A stretch of 64,000 bases of DNA from Macrostomum lignano. Lineage: Eukaryota. The notes beneath the pieces were generated by a model. It did not search any database. It saw only the letters and a list, made by a program, of their open reading frames with translations, and was not told the DNA's origin. Numbering within the stretch: the first letter of the stretch is position 1; every line of letters begins with the position of its first letter. Shown one piece after another: positions 52,501-64,000 of the stretch. The translations under genes and the position numbers were made by a program. The stretch spans positions 51,852 through 115,851 of the forward strand of contig NIVC01003165.1 in the NCBI GenBank assembly GCA_002269645.1. The letters run 5' to 3'.

Positions 52501-55500
52501 GCACGCACTATTTTGGCAGCTCGTCAGGAATGAAGAAACGCGGCTATCCTAGCGAAGTGCTGGACAAGGTGACTCTTATTGACGATCTGGGCCATCTTTG
52601 GATCCCACCAATCTCCAATAATCCCACTCTGGAAATCCAAAGATCCCGCATATTCCCAATAATCCCCCTCTGGAAATTCCAAGATCTCATCCATCTCCAA
52701 TAAGCCGACTCTATAAGTCACAATATCCCGTATACGAGCTATTCCCAATAATCCAACTGGAAATCCCAATCTCCCATTCATCTTCAATAATCACACTCTG
52801 GCAATCACAATATCCCATTCATCTCCAATAATCCCACTCTGGAAATCTCAAGATCCCGTATATTCTCAATAATATCACTCTGGTAATCCTAAGATCCCGT
52901 ATATTCTCAATAATCCCACTCTGAAAATCCCAAGATCGTGTCTATTCTCAATAATCCCACTCTGGAAATCCCAAGACCCCACTCATCTCCAATAATCTCA
53001 CTCTGAAAAGCCCAATATCCCGTCTATTCCCAATAATCCCACTCTAGAAATTCTAATATCCCATTTTCCCATCACTAAGAGCGCCATGCATCCCACGCTT
53101 CCCCACTCCCACCGCAGGTGACTGAATTCCTTCGCGAGGCGTTCCGCCGCTTCGGCGCTCCCATGGACGGTCCGGAAGCCGCTGAACGCGTTGTTGGCCG
53201 CCTGCTCCGCTCGGCGCTGCACTGCTCCCGGGACATCCAGGACAGCATGCTGGGCCTGCTGACTGAGCACTACCCCATGGCCCGCCTGCCGCAGGCCGGC
53301 CCGGCCAGTCTGGACCGCCTGCTGCCGCTGCTGCTCCGCCGGTGCCATTCGCCGGACGCCGAGCAGTTCCACGGAGCCGGCCGTGTGCTCGCCTACCTGC
53401 TGGCCAATTCCGCCGTGCATGTCGGCGGCGCCGAGCCGCTGCGCTACTGCCTGGACGCGGTGGCGGCCGCCCTGGCCAAAGCCAAGGCCGAGCCTGCCGC
53501 GGCGGCCTCCGAGTGCACCGGCCACGGCTACCTGCTGGCGGCCGGCCTCTACCTCAGCCGGGGTGGCGGCGAGGTCAACCGAGGACCGGATGTGCAACGG
53601 CAGCTGTTTAACGAGGCCACCGCGCTGTGCTTCGACTTGATCGCCTCGCTGATGTCCGTCATGGGCTTCCGAGGCGGCGGCGGCGAAGGCGGAGGCGAAG
53701 TCGCAGATTGGTCAGCCGATGCGGCGCCATCGTTCGAGGAGCTCGGGCGGGCGATTGAGAAGGCGGCCGGGGTAAGTGGTGCTTAACCATGCCATTCGTT
53801 TGGTTCTCAAAATCCCAATAGCCCATAATCCTCGATTCTGAAATCCTAATAACCCATAATCCTCGATTCTGAAATCCCAATAACCCATAATCCACGATTG
53901 TGAAATCTCATAAATTTAGATAAAAATCCTACGAACTCAAGCCCTATTATCTCAGGCGCCCCCACGCAATCACCCCCGCCAACCGCCATCAGGTGGACGC
54001 CGATCTGGACGAGGACCTGCTGTCCGGCGCCCGGCTGTCGCCCCACTACCAGCGCATCCTGGCCTGGGCCTGGCGCAACCTGGCCATGGCTGCCGACCTG
54101 CTGGTCCAGCTGTGCGCCGCCCACCTGCGCGCCGCCGATGCCGACATCGACTTGGACGGCGTGCGCCGCGTCGGCCGCCGGCTGGCCGCCGTGGTGACGG
54201 GCAGTCGGCACCGCGGCACCATCGAGGCGGTGGCCAACTCGCTGCGCGAATTCTGCCAGCTGATCCGGTGGCGACAGGAGCTGGCCGACCTGCCAGGCGA
54301 GCTGGTCAACGCGCCGCTGGTTGCTATGGAAACGGCAAGCTATTCGGTAACCAGGCGAAGCGCCGGCCTGCCGCTGCTACTGACCTCCGTGCTGTCGGCC
54401 GTGTGCGCCGGCCAGTGGTCGGAGCCGCTGCTGGACCGGACGGTGGCCCGGCTGCTGCGCTGCGTTGAGTCGGCCACGGCCGATAAGGCGACTGCGGAGG
54501 ACGAGGCCAAAGGCAGCGATAAGGTGGGCCTCTCAAAGGTTCTGCCCACGCAGCTTTGTTTAAATTGGCTCCAAGCATTACTGACGCCAAGAAACGCCCC
54601 CAATCCATCAGAGAATCCCCCAACCCATCAGAGAATCGCCCAATCCTTCAGAGAATCGCCCAAATCCACCAGAAAATCCCCAATCCATCAGAGAATCTCC
54701 CTATCCTTTAGAGAATCGCGACAATCCATCAGAGAATCGCCCCAATCCATCAGAGAATCGCCCCAATCCATCAGAGAATCGCCCCAATCCATCAGAGAAT
54801 CGCCCCAATCCATCAGAGAATCGCCCCAATCCATCAGAGAATCGCCCTATCCATCAGAAGAATCGGCCCAAAAGCCTTTGCAAGAGCACTCGAGAATGGA
54901 AGGTCTGCATTGCTGTTTCTCCAGCTGTCTCCATTCCCTCACTCGCCGTCTCCCAGGTGGACAGCCCGAAGGTGCACGCCCTGAACCTGCTGCGTGCAGT
55001 GGTTCGCGAAGCGGCCCTGTACAATGCCACCACGCGGCACCACGAGGCCATCACCCGGGCCACCCTGACCAACTTCTCCGACCGCTCCTGGGCGGTGCGC
55101 AACGCCTGCGTCCAGCTGCTTGGCGCGCTGTCCCAGCGGATGCTGGGCGTCGGCCGGCCGCACATCACGCCGACTGAGTTCTTCTCGGCTTATCCTCGGT
55201 TGCAGCGCTGCTTCCTGGAGGTGCTGGTGCGCGGCGCCAATCCCAGCAGCGCCAAGTTCATCGCCCACCAGGCCACGGTGCCTGTGCTGTCTTTCCTGTC
55301 GCAGCTATCGCCGGATCCTCCGACCGCCCTGCTGGACAATGTCGAGCCGTTCCGGCAGCCCCTGGTGACGCTGCTGTCCAGTCCGGTGTACGCCATCCGC
55401 CTCATGGCCGCCAAGTCCCTGGTGTCGTTCGCTCCGCCCAAAGTGCGGCTGGACCTGCTCAGCGCCCAGGTGCGACTTCTGGGGATGTACTTGAAGTAGT

Positions 55501-58500
55501 GGGTTTGGGATTATAGAGATTCAAAGAGTACAGTAAAATACAACTTTAGTGTGACAAGAAATACTTTGAGTGTGATCTACCTTTAGTACAGATACTTTAA
55601 TATCTGAGCTTTTAGATGATTGGCTAATATTGGAGATGCATGGCTGAGATTGGAGATACTTGACTGAGAGTAGAGATACTTGGCTAAGATCAGAGATACT
55701 TGGCTGAGATTGGGGATGCTTGGCTGAGATTAGATTTCGTATAGTACGGTTGAGACTGGAGATACTTGGCTGAGATTTGAGATGCTTGTGGTTGAGATTA
55801 GAGATATCTTGCCGAGATCGGAGATACTTGGCTGAGATTTGAGATGCTTATGGTTGAGATTAGAGATATCTTGCCGAGATCGGAGTTACTTGGCTGAGAT
55901 AGGAGATACTTAGCTGAGATAGGAGATACTTAGCTGAGATAGGAGATACTTAGCTGAGATAGGAGATACTTAGCTAAGATTAGAGATAATAAAGGTAGAG
56001 ATTAGTCTACTGCCACTAGGCACTTAGTACACGGAGGCAGCCCCGCCCCAACTCCCCGCAGGTGCACAATCTCTCCAGCCTGCACCGCAGCGCCAACTCG
56101 CTGCACGGTCACATCCTGCTATGTCAGCGACTGGCCCTCGGCCTCTCCGGTCACCAGGACCTGTCGGTCATCCTGTCCGTCATTGTCGACCTCCTGCTTG
56201 TGCTCATCACCTTTAAGAGCTGGTTCCTAGCTCGCGAGAGTCTCCGACTGCTCCGCCTCCTGATGAAGCGCCACGACCCCGGCGTCAGCCTCAACCTGCC
56301 AAACAGCCTGGCGCCGACTGGGAAAGCGGCTCCGCCCGACATCTTCTTCGACATGTTCGACCAGGAGCTCACCGAGCTGTCCATGGAGCACCCCAACATC
56401 TTCGAGAATGTCCGCTGGGACCCCGGCTACCTGTTCAAGTCGCTGGCCGCCAGCTCCGAGGAGACCACTCAGCACTTCCTCACCCAGCAGGACCAGCTGA
56501 AGGAGCAGCGGATGAAGCTGGCTCTGTCTGGCCGGCGCGGGGTCACCGAGGACATGCCGAAGGCCGTCTGCTCGCCGCAGGACCTCATCGACTATGCGAT
56601 TGGGCAGCCGCCTGAGCAGTGTCTCACCAGCAACCTGGCCGTCAGGGTGCTGGCTATGCTGGTCACCTATAATCAGGGATTCTTCGCTACCGGGTATCTC
56701 AAGGCAAGCATCCGGAAATAAAAAATTCAGATTTATTCTAGTTCAAGTCACAGTCTGCTGTCTGAGACTCACCATCTCAAAGCCGAGAATCCCAATCCAC
56801 AAGTGGAGAATCCCAATCGTGAGTAGAGAATCCTGGGAGCACCCAGCTGGCACAGATCACACCCAGCTGGCACAGATCACACCCAGCTGGCACAGATCAC
56901 ACCCAGCTAGCACAGATCACATCCAGCTGGCACAGATCACACCCAGCTGGCACAGATCACACCCAGCTGGCACAGATCACACCCAGCTGGCACAGATCAC
57001 ACCCAGCTGGCACAGATCACACCCAGCTGGCACAGATCACACCCAGCTGGCACAGATCACACCCAGCTGGCACAGATCACACCCAGCTGGCACAGATCAC
57101 ACCCAGCTGGCATAGATCACACCCAGCTGGCACAGATCACACCCAGCTGGCACAGATCACATCCAGCTGGCACAGATCACATCCAGCTGGCAAAGATCAC
57201 ACCCAGCTGGCACAGATCACACCCAGTTGGCATTCTGTATCTCCGCTTCAGCGTCTGCCTGGCGCAGCTCACCAGCTGACCTTGCAGTGACCTCTAGCGG
57301 TCGAAAGAATGCTAAACTAGCTGGGGCTTCGCTGCCCTGCTAAGCACAAATCGTTGGTCAATTGGCTGTGTTTGGTTCCAATTGGCCTGGTGTTGCTTTG
57401 TACATTGCTCTCTGTTTCATTAACAAAACTTATGGCAATATGGTGTCCATTTCTTTTTCATCGTGTCAAATTTCCCGAAGTTTTGTCGGGTTGGAGATAA
57501 ACCAACGTTAAAGATAAAAATACAGTTCTTGACCTGCATAGGGATTTTTGACTTGGGATTTCAGCTTCGCCATTAAATTATTGACTTTGAGGTGGGGTTC
57601 TTCATTCTGAGATGAGATTCTTAACTCTGAGATGGGATTATTGACTCTGAGATGAGATTCTTAAATCTAAGATGAGATTCTTGACTCTGAGATGAGATTC
57701 TTGACTCTGAGATGAGATTCTTAACTCTGAGATGAGATTCTTGACTCTGAGATGAGATTTTTCACTCTAAGATGAGATTCTCGACTCTGAGATAAGATTC
57801 TTGACTGTGAAATGAGATTCTTGACTCTGAGATAAGATTCTTAACACTGAGATGAGATTCATGACTCTGAGATAAGATTCTTGACTGTGAGATGAGATTC
57901 TTGACTTTGAGATGAGATTCTTGACTCTGAGATAAGATTCTTAACACTGAGATGAGATTCATGACTCTGAGATAAGATTCTTGACTGTGAGATGAGATTC
58001 TTGACTGTGAGATGAGATTCTTGACTCTGAGATAAGATTCTTAACACTGAGATGAGATTCATGACTCTGAGATGGGATTCTTGGCTTTTAGAAAGTATTC
58101 ATAAATCTGTATTTATCGGGATTCCCTGTTTGTGGATATGAATGCCTCAACCTTACCAGCTGGCATCTTGTCTTCAACAACAGGAGTACCTGGCCTTCAT
58201 CAGCGACCAGCTTCGTCAGCTGCCGTCCGACTGCCCGAGCGAGCGGTTCTCGTCGCTGATCCTGCTGCAGAGCCACCTGGTGAACACGCTGTTCGACAAG
58301 GCCGCTTGCCAGGACCTCCTGGCCTACCTGAACCGCTTCTCCGACTACTCGATCAGCGAGGACCTCCGCCTGTCGGCCGCCAACGCGCTGCTGATTCTGG
58401 TGAGCGGCCGGCTGTGGGCGCAGAGCCGGGCCCAGACTGAGGACGAGCGAGTCCGCGAGATCCTGTTCCGCATGCTGTTTGACGAGTCCACGGCTGTGCG

Positions 58501-60927
58501 GGTGCTGGCCTGCTCCATTGTGTACCGCTGCGGCTGGCTGCCCGCCCTGTCCCACCACCGCATCTCCGGCCTGGCGCTCACGCATCCCATTGTGGCCAGG
58601 CCGGCTGGCGCTAAGGAGCTGGACGCCGGCACCGACTGCGACTGGCTGGTGCGCACTCTGGCCGGCCTGGTGCAGCGGATGTCCACCGCCTGCCGGCTGC
58701 GTCTGCGCGAGTGCCATCAGCAGACCATGTACCAGCGGGAGGAGGCCAATATCTTTGTGGAATGGCGCTACCTCATTGAGCTGTGCTTCTACAAGCTGTA
58801 TCTGTCCGCTCCCGTGAGTTTTTTGTGCTCACTGTCTGAGAATGCCAGTTTTTTTTATGTACCACAACTTCTATTCAGAATTTCCCAGGGATTTCTGTCC
58901 TGAGTCCGAGAGTCCCGATCCCGCTGATCCCGAGTATATCTAGCTGGCACAGATCACACCCAGCTGGCACAGATCACACCCAGCTGGCACAGATCACACC
59001 CAGCTGGCACAGATCACACCCAGCTGGCACAGATCACATCCAGCTGGCGCAGATCACATCCAACCGGCGCAGATCACATCCAACCGGCGCAGATCACACA
59101 CAGCTAGCAAAGATCACACCCAGTTGGCACAGATGATGCCAGATCACACCCAGCCGGCACAGATCACACACAGCTGGCACAGATCACACCCAGCTGGCAC
59201 AGATGATGCCAGATCACACCCAGCTGGCACAGATGATGCCAGATCACACCCAGCTGGCACAGATCACACCCAGCTGGCACAGATGATGCCAGATCACACC
59301 CAGCTGGCATAGATCACACCCAGCTGGCGCAGATCACATCCAACCGGCGCAGATCACATCCAACCGGCACAGATCACACCCAGCTGGCAAAGATCACACC
59401 CAGCTGGCACAGATCACACCCAGCTGGCACAGATCACACCCAGCTGGCACAGATTACACACAGCTGGCATAGATCACACCCAGCTGGCAAAGATTACACA
59501 CAGCTGACATAGATCACACCCAGCTGGCAAAGATCACACCCAGCTGGTACAGATCACACCCAGCTGGCACAGATCACATCCAGCTGGCACAGATCACACC
59601 CAGCTGGCACAGATCACATCCAGCTGGCACAGATCACACCCAGCTGGCACAGATCACACCCAGCTGGCACAGATCACACCCAGCTGGCACAGATTACACA
59701 CAGCTGGCATAGATCACACTCAGCTAGTACAGATCACACCCAGCTGGCACAGATCACACCCAGCCGGCATTCTGTATCTCCGCTTCAGCGTCTGCCTGGC
59801 GCAGCTCACCAGCTGGCCTTGCAGTGACCTCTAGCGGTCGAAAGAATGCTAAACTAGCTGGGGCTTCGCTGCCCTGCTAAGCACAAATCGTTGGTCAATT
59901 GGCTGTGTTTGGTTCCAATTGGCCTGGTGTTGCTTTGTTCATTTTCATTAGTTTGATTGATATGTGCTTACGGACATAATAACATATATGCATCGGGCAT
60001 TCTGTATCTCCGCCCCTGTGTCCAGCTGCTGAAACTGCACCAAGTGACCTTTTGGCGGTCGAACGAATGCCAGATTAACAAAGCCTCGCATGGCTTGGCT
60101 GTGCGCAAATCGTTGGTCGAATTAGGGCTACCCGCCTAATAGCCGTTCGACCTGGTGTTGCATTGCACACTTGCTGGTGTAGAAAATAGCCATTGAATTC
60201 ATTTCTATTTGCTACTTGCTGCTCAGTAGCATGTAAAGAATTTTGTAGCCATTTTTACTGAATGAGTGTTACGAGTGGCATTTATTAATTTCTCGTGAGC
60301 TTTCTCCCATTAAGGCCTCAGACTTTTAAACTTCTATAGACTGAGCAGTTCTTCTGTAGGGGTTGTGGCCTAGTGGTTAGGAGCGTCAGACTCACGACTG
60401 GAAGGTCGAGGGTTCGATTCTCGATCCACTCGGAACAATTTGTGTCCTTGAGCAATAAATACTCTGCATTGCTTCAATCCACCCAGCTGTAGAATGGGTG
60501 CCAGCATTAGCTGAGGTAATTGAGGGTTGAATTGAGGACCCCCCAGTCCTTGGACTGAACAGCCGTACGCAGCCTTCAGATGCGCCGCGCAATAGCTGCG
60601 GCTGAGCTGTCGTTGCTGTGCTTTATCAATTATTAAACTATTATTATTGTATAATAAGCTACTGGAAGTAGTTTATGCGCACATCTGATGTCCTCCCAAA
60701 CTCTTTCATCCAACACCCAGACGCTGGACAAGCAGGAGCGGCCCGCATCGGCGAGTCCCTGCCGACATTCGGGTGCAGCTGGCCAACGCCTCGGCAGGGG
60801 CGACAGCGCCGAGGCTGCCTGGCCGAGCAGCCTGGTGGACTCGGCAGTGATGGAGCACTCGGCTCCGTTTCATGCCATGCTGTACGCTGGCCGGCTGTGC
60901 GACCTGCTGATTGGCCAGCTTTGCTAA
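49533..60927 (+). CDS. THADA: THADA / Trm732 (DUF2428, armadillo-type tRNA 2'-O-methylation cofactor), multi-exon; one apparent frameshift near 52175
   Basis: Motifs 'SRHRG.IE', 'SVTRRSAGLP', 'PKVHALNLLRA', 'WAVRNA...LLGAL..RMLG', 'FFSAYPRL', 'SSPVYAIRLMAAKSLV', 'NSLHGHILL'. Likely exons 49533-49565, 50122-50253, 50360-50462, 50947-51878, 51967-52568, 53118-53771, 53993-54523, 54957-55469, 56062-~56690, 58184-58813, 60721-60927. The first and last exons are tentative. Confidence 0.85.
49730..50050. repeat. ~44-bp tandem repeat (~7 degenerate copies) in THADA intron 1
   Basis: GCCATAGACTAACCAACTGATAGCCAGAGTTCCTGGTATTTTCA recurs. Confidence 0.85.
50680..50918. repeat. (CAGT)n/(CAGC) tetranucleotide microsatellite
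   Basis: Direct inspection. Confidence 0.95.
52590..53090. repeat. Degenerate ~41-bp intronic repeat (AATAATCCCACTCTGGAAATCCCAAGATCCCGTATATTCTC)
   Basis: Repeated AATCCCACTCTG blocks in a THADA intron. Confidence 0.75.
53790..53930. repeat. ~31-bp intronic repeat
   Basis: AATAACCCATAATCCTCGATTCTGAAATCCC occurs about 3-4 times. Confidence 0.75.
54600..54870. repeat. 21-bp intronic repeat (ATCAGAGAATCGCCCCAATCC)
   Basis: Periodic; it produces the 'QSIRESP' read-through peptide. Confidence 0.9.
55615..55990. repeat. 20-bp intronic repeat (GGAGATACTTAGCTGAGATA)
   Basis: Periodic, with degenerate copies at the left. Confidence 0.85.
56835..57230. repeat. 20-bp minisatellite CACAGATCACACCCAGCTGG (~19 copies)
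   Basis: Periodic; it runs directly into snoRNA copy 1. Confidence 0.95.
57230..57407 (+). ncRNA. SNORA8: H/ACA snoRNA, SNORA8/snR31-like, copy 1
   Basis: Hairpin 1 GCATTC/GAATGC with pocket TGTATCT and TCG, H box AAACTA (57314-19). Hairpin 2 pocket ATCGTT and TGGT with a 10-bp upper stem, then ACA 14 nt later (57402-04). The pockets match 18S ..CGA-U-C-AGAUAC.. and ..ACCA-U-A-AACGAU.. Confidence 0.85.
57600..58085. repeat. 20-bp minisatellite TGACTCTGAGATGAGATTCT (~24 copies)
   Basis: Periodic. Confidence 0.95.
58940..59767. repeat. 20-bp minisatellite CACAGATCACACCCAGCTGG with variants
   Basis: Same unit as 56835-57230; it runs into snoRNA copy 2. Confidence 0.93.
59767..59944 (+). ncRNA. 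SNORA8: H/ACA snoRNA copy 2 (near-identical to copy 1; ACA box changed to TCA, probable pseudogene)
   Basis: Matches 57230-57407 except for a few bases, with TCA at 59939-41. Confidence 0.75.
59997..60172 (+). ncRNA. SNORA8: H/ACA snoRNA copy 3 (diverged paralog, intact boxes)
   Basis: Same pockets, H box AGATTA and ACA at 60167-69. Stem changes are compensatory (CCGCC/GGCGG versus CCGCT/AGCGG; GGTCGAA/TTCGACC). Confidence 0.87.
60359..60650 (+). mobile_element. tRNA-derived SINE (family A), copy 2
   Basis: Colinear with 5019-5320: A and B boxes, central block, identical 3' part GTCCTTGGACTGAACAGCCGTACGCAGCCTTCAGATGCGCCGCGC, and a TTA tail. Confidence 0.87.
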
Positions 60928-62944
60928 TTTATTACTTTCTTCATAATTTAATTTGCTGCATTTTTGTTACTTTGAGCTGAGCTGCCTAAAGCTCCGCTTT
61001 GGTTGCCTTGCTTGATATATAATCTGGTCTTTCGCCACTTGAGCCTGGAAACCGCATCAGATACATAGCAACTGCATGGTAACAAAATAGTAACCGCATA
61101 GTAACGACATAGCAACAGCAACAACCGCCATAGTAACGGCATAGCAACCGCATAGTAACGACATAGCAAGTGCATAATAACGACTAAGCAAGTGATAGGA
61201 CTTTGAGAATTCTTGCAAATATTAGCATAATTGCCACTTTAAATCCGCCGCCCCTTATAATAATTTCATCCAAACTTCTTTCTTATTTTTATCATGGAAA
61301 TTTGTGCCCCAGTGTTGTGAGCTACCAGCTATCGCTTACCGTAGTTTTCATAATTTATGATGATATGTAATAATGATACTGATAATGAGTATGCTGTACC
61401 TCATTTCTTATCTATGGCTCCAATTTCGTCGCTACGCAGGTGAACTGTTAAATTCTGCGTCAAATTACTGATTTAAGCCCGAGGCTGCAGCGGAACCGAT
61501 CTGCTTGGGTGCCTGCATTTGGTAATAATTCTAGACCACAATAGCAAGCGGCACCTAGAAGTTGACTTGAATCGCTTATTCATTATGATATTTAATTTCG
61601 TGTCATATTTATGAATATTACTAATAAAATTTTTCTAGTATATCCCTGTGCGTTTCTGTTTTTTCTTCATGCTTCTCGTAACTCTTGTTGACCCGCTTAT
61701 CAATTAGCTAGAATTCAATATATTTACTCAAACGCTTTTTGAACTTCGCTTTTTTCATCCGTTTAATCTTTTAATCTAAACGTACATGTATTTGCATCGA
61801 GACGATTCACTTTAAGCGTGTTTCATCTGCTTATTGTTAAATAAAACTATCGACTCTGCTGGTTAAATTATATGTTTATAAATGCCTCCCGTGGTTTGAG
61901 GTAAAAAACATTAAATAAATCGAAAGAGCATAAATCTGTCGTTTTCACATTTAATCGAAGACAGGTCCAGGTGACACGTAAAGAAACTTTCGACTAAGTT
62001 ATCATTATATCGATTTTTCCATCGTTTTTACTAAGCAAAGTACCGACAGCCAAGGGATATGCATTCATTGGCTTCAGCTACATGAACTAGTATGCATGTT
62101 ATTGTGCATTAATTATAAAAACCTTTGCGATTAGCATTGCATATTTGAGCTTCTGATGCCAGTTAGCTTAAATGGCTTATTAAAAATCAACGTAAAACCG
62201 TAACAACGTAACAACGTAAAATACAAATCAGGAAGGTATTTTTTAGAATACATGAAGGGTCTCCATCTCACTATTTAAAGCTTGAAAAAAACTGGCCGAG
62301 TTTGCGAATTAGAAATGCAGAACTAAAACAAAGTTTTAAAGTTAAAAGATAAATTTAACAGTAACAATAAAGTATATTACAAGATGTAAAGTATTGTTTT
62401 TAATACTAAAGATTCTCTCATTCTACTACGCATTATGTATTCTAATGCTTTGCATTTGAATTTGCGTATGAGGAAGTTAATTTTTGTAATGGTGATTTTC
62501 ACGAGTTAACGCTAAATTTTGTATTATCGATTTGGATTAGATGGTCCATCCAAGCCCTGAAAGAATAACACCACATGAGTGACGACTCATAGCGTCATGA
62601 CTAAAATAACACTACCTACTTTTAGGTATGGTTTAGAAATAAATTTAGAGCACTTAGTCTTTTAAAAAAGTTGTTAAGTAGTCCTTGCATAATTGTTATT
62701 GTATCTATCTATATCTATTTATCTGGATTAGGCCTATAAAACTATATAGCTAGAACTTAAAAATGCTTAATCAAGATAATATATTTATAATTTTAACATC
62801 AATGTACTTTTGGGCCTGAGGATAAATGACTTTTAAAAGTTATTTGTTTTTCATATTTAAATTATGAATATGTGTTTATAGGCCCCCCTGCCTAATGGTA
62901 AAGTTGCACGTCTGAGAAAAAGTAGAATTAAGGTGAGCGCTATC

Positions 62945-64000
62945 ATTTTTATGCAACATGTTTCGCCTCGCATCAGGCATTGTCAGGCTCTTAAAATTAG
63001 TAACAATTTATTTGTTTATTTATATTTAACAATTAACACTAAGAACAGGTCGATAAAAGTCAGAAATGTATATAAATTAAACAGTAGATTGTACAGTCCC
63101 ACGAAGCGCTCACAGAGTTGCAATGAGGGGAGAGGAGAAAGAGAGTGAGATGAGCACAAGTGTACACCTAGAATACTCTAATCTCTAGGAGGGCATTGGC
63201 ACCATGATCGGCTGGCAAGTTGTTTATAGGATTGGTTTACGCAGTTTTATTATAGGGCTTCAACAGTCTGTACTCATTTGAGCATGTATGGATGGTGGAA
63301 AAGTTTTTATCTTATTTGGCTGTCACAGCATTCTTTGCATATCATCAGGTGGTTATGCATAGCCAACATCTTTTGCCTATGTTCTCTACTTCTCACGTAT
63401 TAGGTATCGGGTAGTTTCACCTATGTGGGTGATACTCTGGTCGCCAGGGAATTAAAATTAGGCCCTAATAAACGACACCTGCCTGTAAGGAGCTGGGAAT
63501 GCGGCATTTCAAATTCTTAACAAATTGACCGATTTTCTTGCAACAGAAAATGACCATGAGCTTCACATTTAAATACTTATTAAATGTTCTGATGAGGTTC
63601 TTTTTAAATGAACAGAAGCACGCCCATAGAAAAGAATGGAGATATGGGTGCAATCAGTCTTAGATCTTTCGATTACCACATTAGGAAATTCATTGATGGT
63701 AAAGTCGCGAACCTAACAATAGACAAAATAATGAAGAACAGAAAGATCTGAGGACTGATTGCCCCATATCTCCATTCCTTTTTATGGGCTGCTTCTGTTT
63801 ATTTTTTTCCTCTCTCTCTTTCCCCCTCTCTCTCTCTCTCCCCTCATTGAACTCTGTGAGCACTCCATCAGAACTGTATAATCTACTCTTATTTATATAC
63901 ATTTCTGACTTTTATTGACCTGTTCTTAGTGTTAATTGTTAAATATAAATAAACAAATAAATTGTTACTAATTTTAAGAGCCTGACGATGCCTGATGTGA
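62945..64000 (-). mobile_element. Penelope-like retroelement remnant: GIY-YIG fragment (~63215-63520, minus), pseudo-LTR (~62945-63150) and an inverted pseudo-LTR copy (~63830-64000, cut by the window end)
   Basis: Decayed 'RIPSSLQAGVVY', 'HIGETTRYL' and 'EAL..IKLRKPIL' across frames. 62965-63145 and 63825-64000 are inverted near-duplicates. Confidence 0.78.
62953..62990 (-). ncRNA. Minimal hammerhead ribozyme-like motif of the Penelope pseudo-LTR
   Basis: The minus strand reads GAGC-CUGACAA-UGCCU-GAUGCG-AGGC-GAAAC-AUGU-UGC. The plus-strand copy at 63977-64000 has the canonical CUGACGA. Confidence 0.65.

Noticed and set aside
54524-54956. 'QSIRESP' repeat as part of THADA protein
   Set aside because: It lies between a good donor (54524) and acceptor (54956), and read-through is out of frame with the next exon.
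57285-57302. CTCF-like motif (reverse complement CCGCTAGAGGTCAC)
   Set aside because: It is better explained as the snoRNA upper stem, and it is not kept in copy 3.

Overview
This is repeat-rich animal (metazoan) genomic DNA, not prokaryotic: spliceosomal GT-AG introns, tRNA-derived SINEs, and LTR, DNA and Penelope transposons. The gene style and intronic minisatellites would fit a free-living flatworm such as Macrostomum, but that is a low-confidence guess. Host genes: an intronless DEG/ENaC channel on the minus strand, then a plus-strand run of riboflavin kinase, a U1/matrin-type zinc-finger protein with a perfect 42-bp coding VNTR, CutA, TTLL1 and THADA/Trm732. Six highlights. (1) A complete 9.2-kb Mutator/Foldback (NOF-like) element with a perfect 9-bp TSD and TIRs built from 183-bp tandem repeats; its spliced ORF joins a DDE transposase, an intact Ulp1/SENP-type protease and a PHD finger. 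(2) A second 6.2-kb foldback element whose arms are inverted 161-bp satellites, each unit carrying a G-quadruplex motif. (3) Three intronic H/ACA snoRNA copies (SNORA8/snR31-like) in THADA, with an extra hairpin and covarying stems. (4) An unexplained ~290-bp self-complementary element holding a divergent 28S rRNA domain-IV segment that is altered exactly at the R2/I-PpoI site. (5) Tandem repeats made of splice sites in TTLL1 introns. (6) A possible trans-spliced CutA-TTLL1 operon. All calls were made by eye from motifs. Coordinates of degenerate features are approximate and no database search was run.
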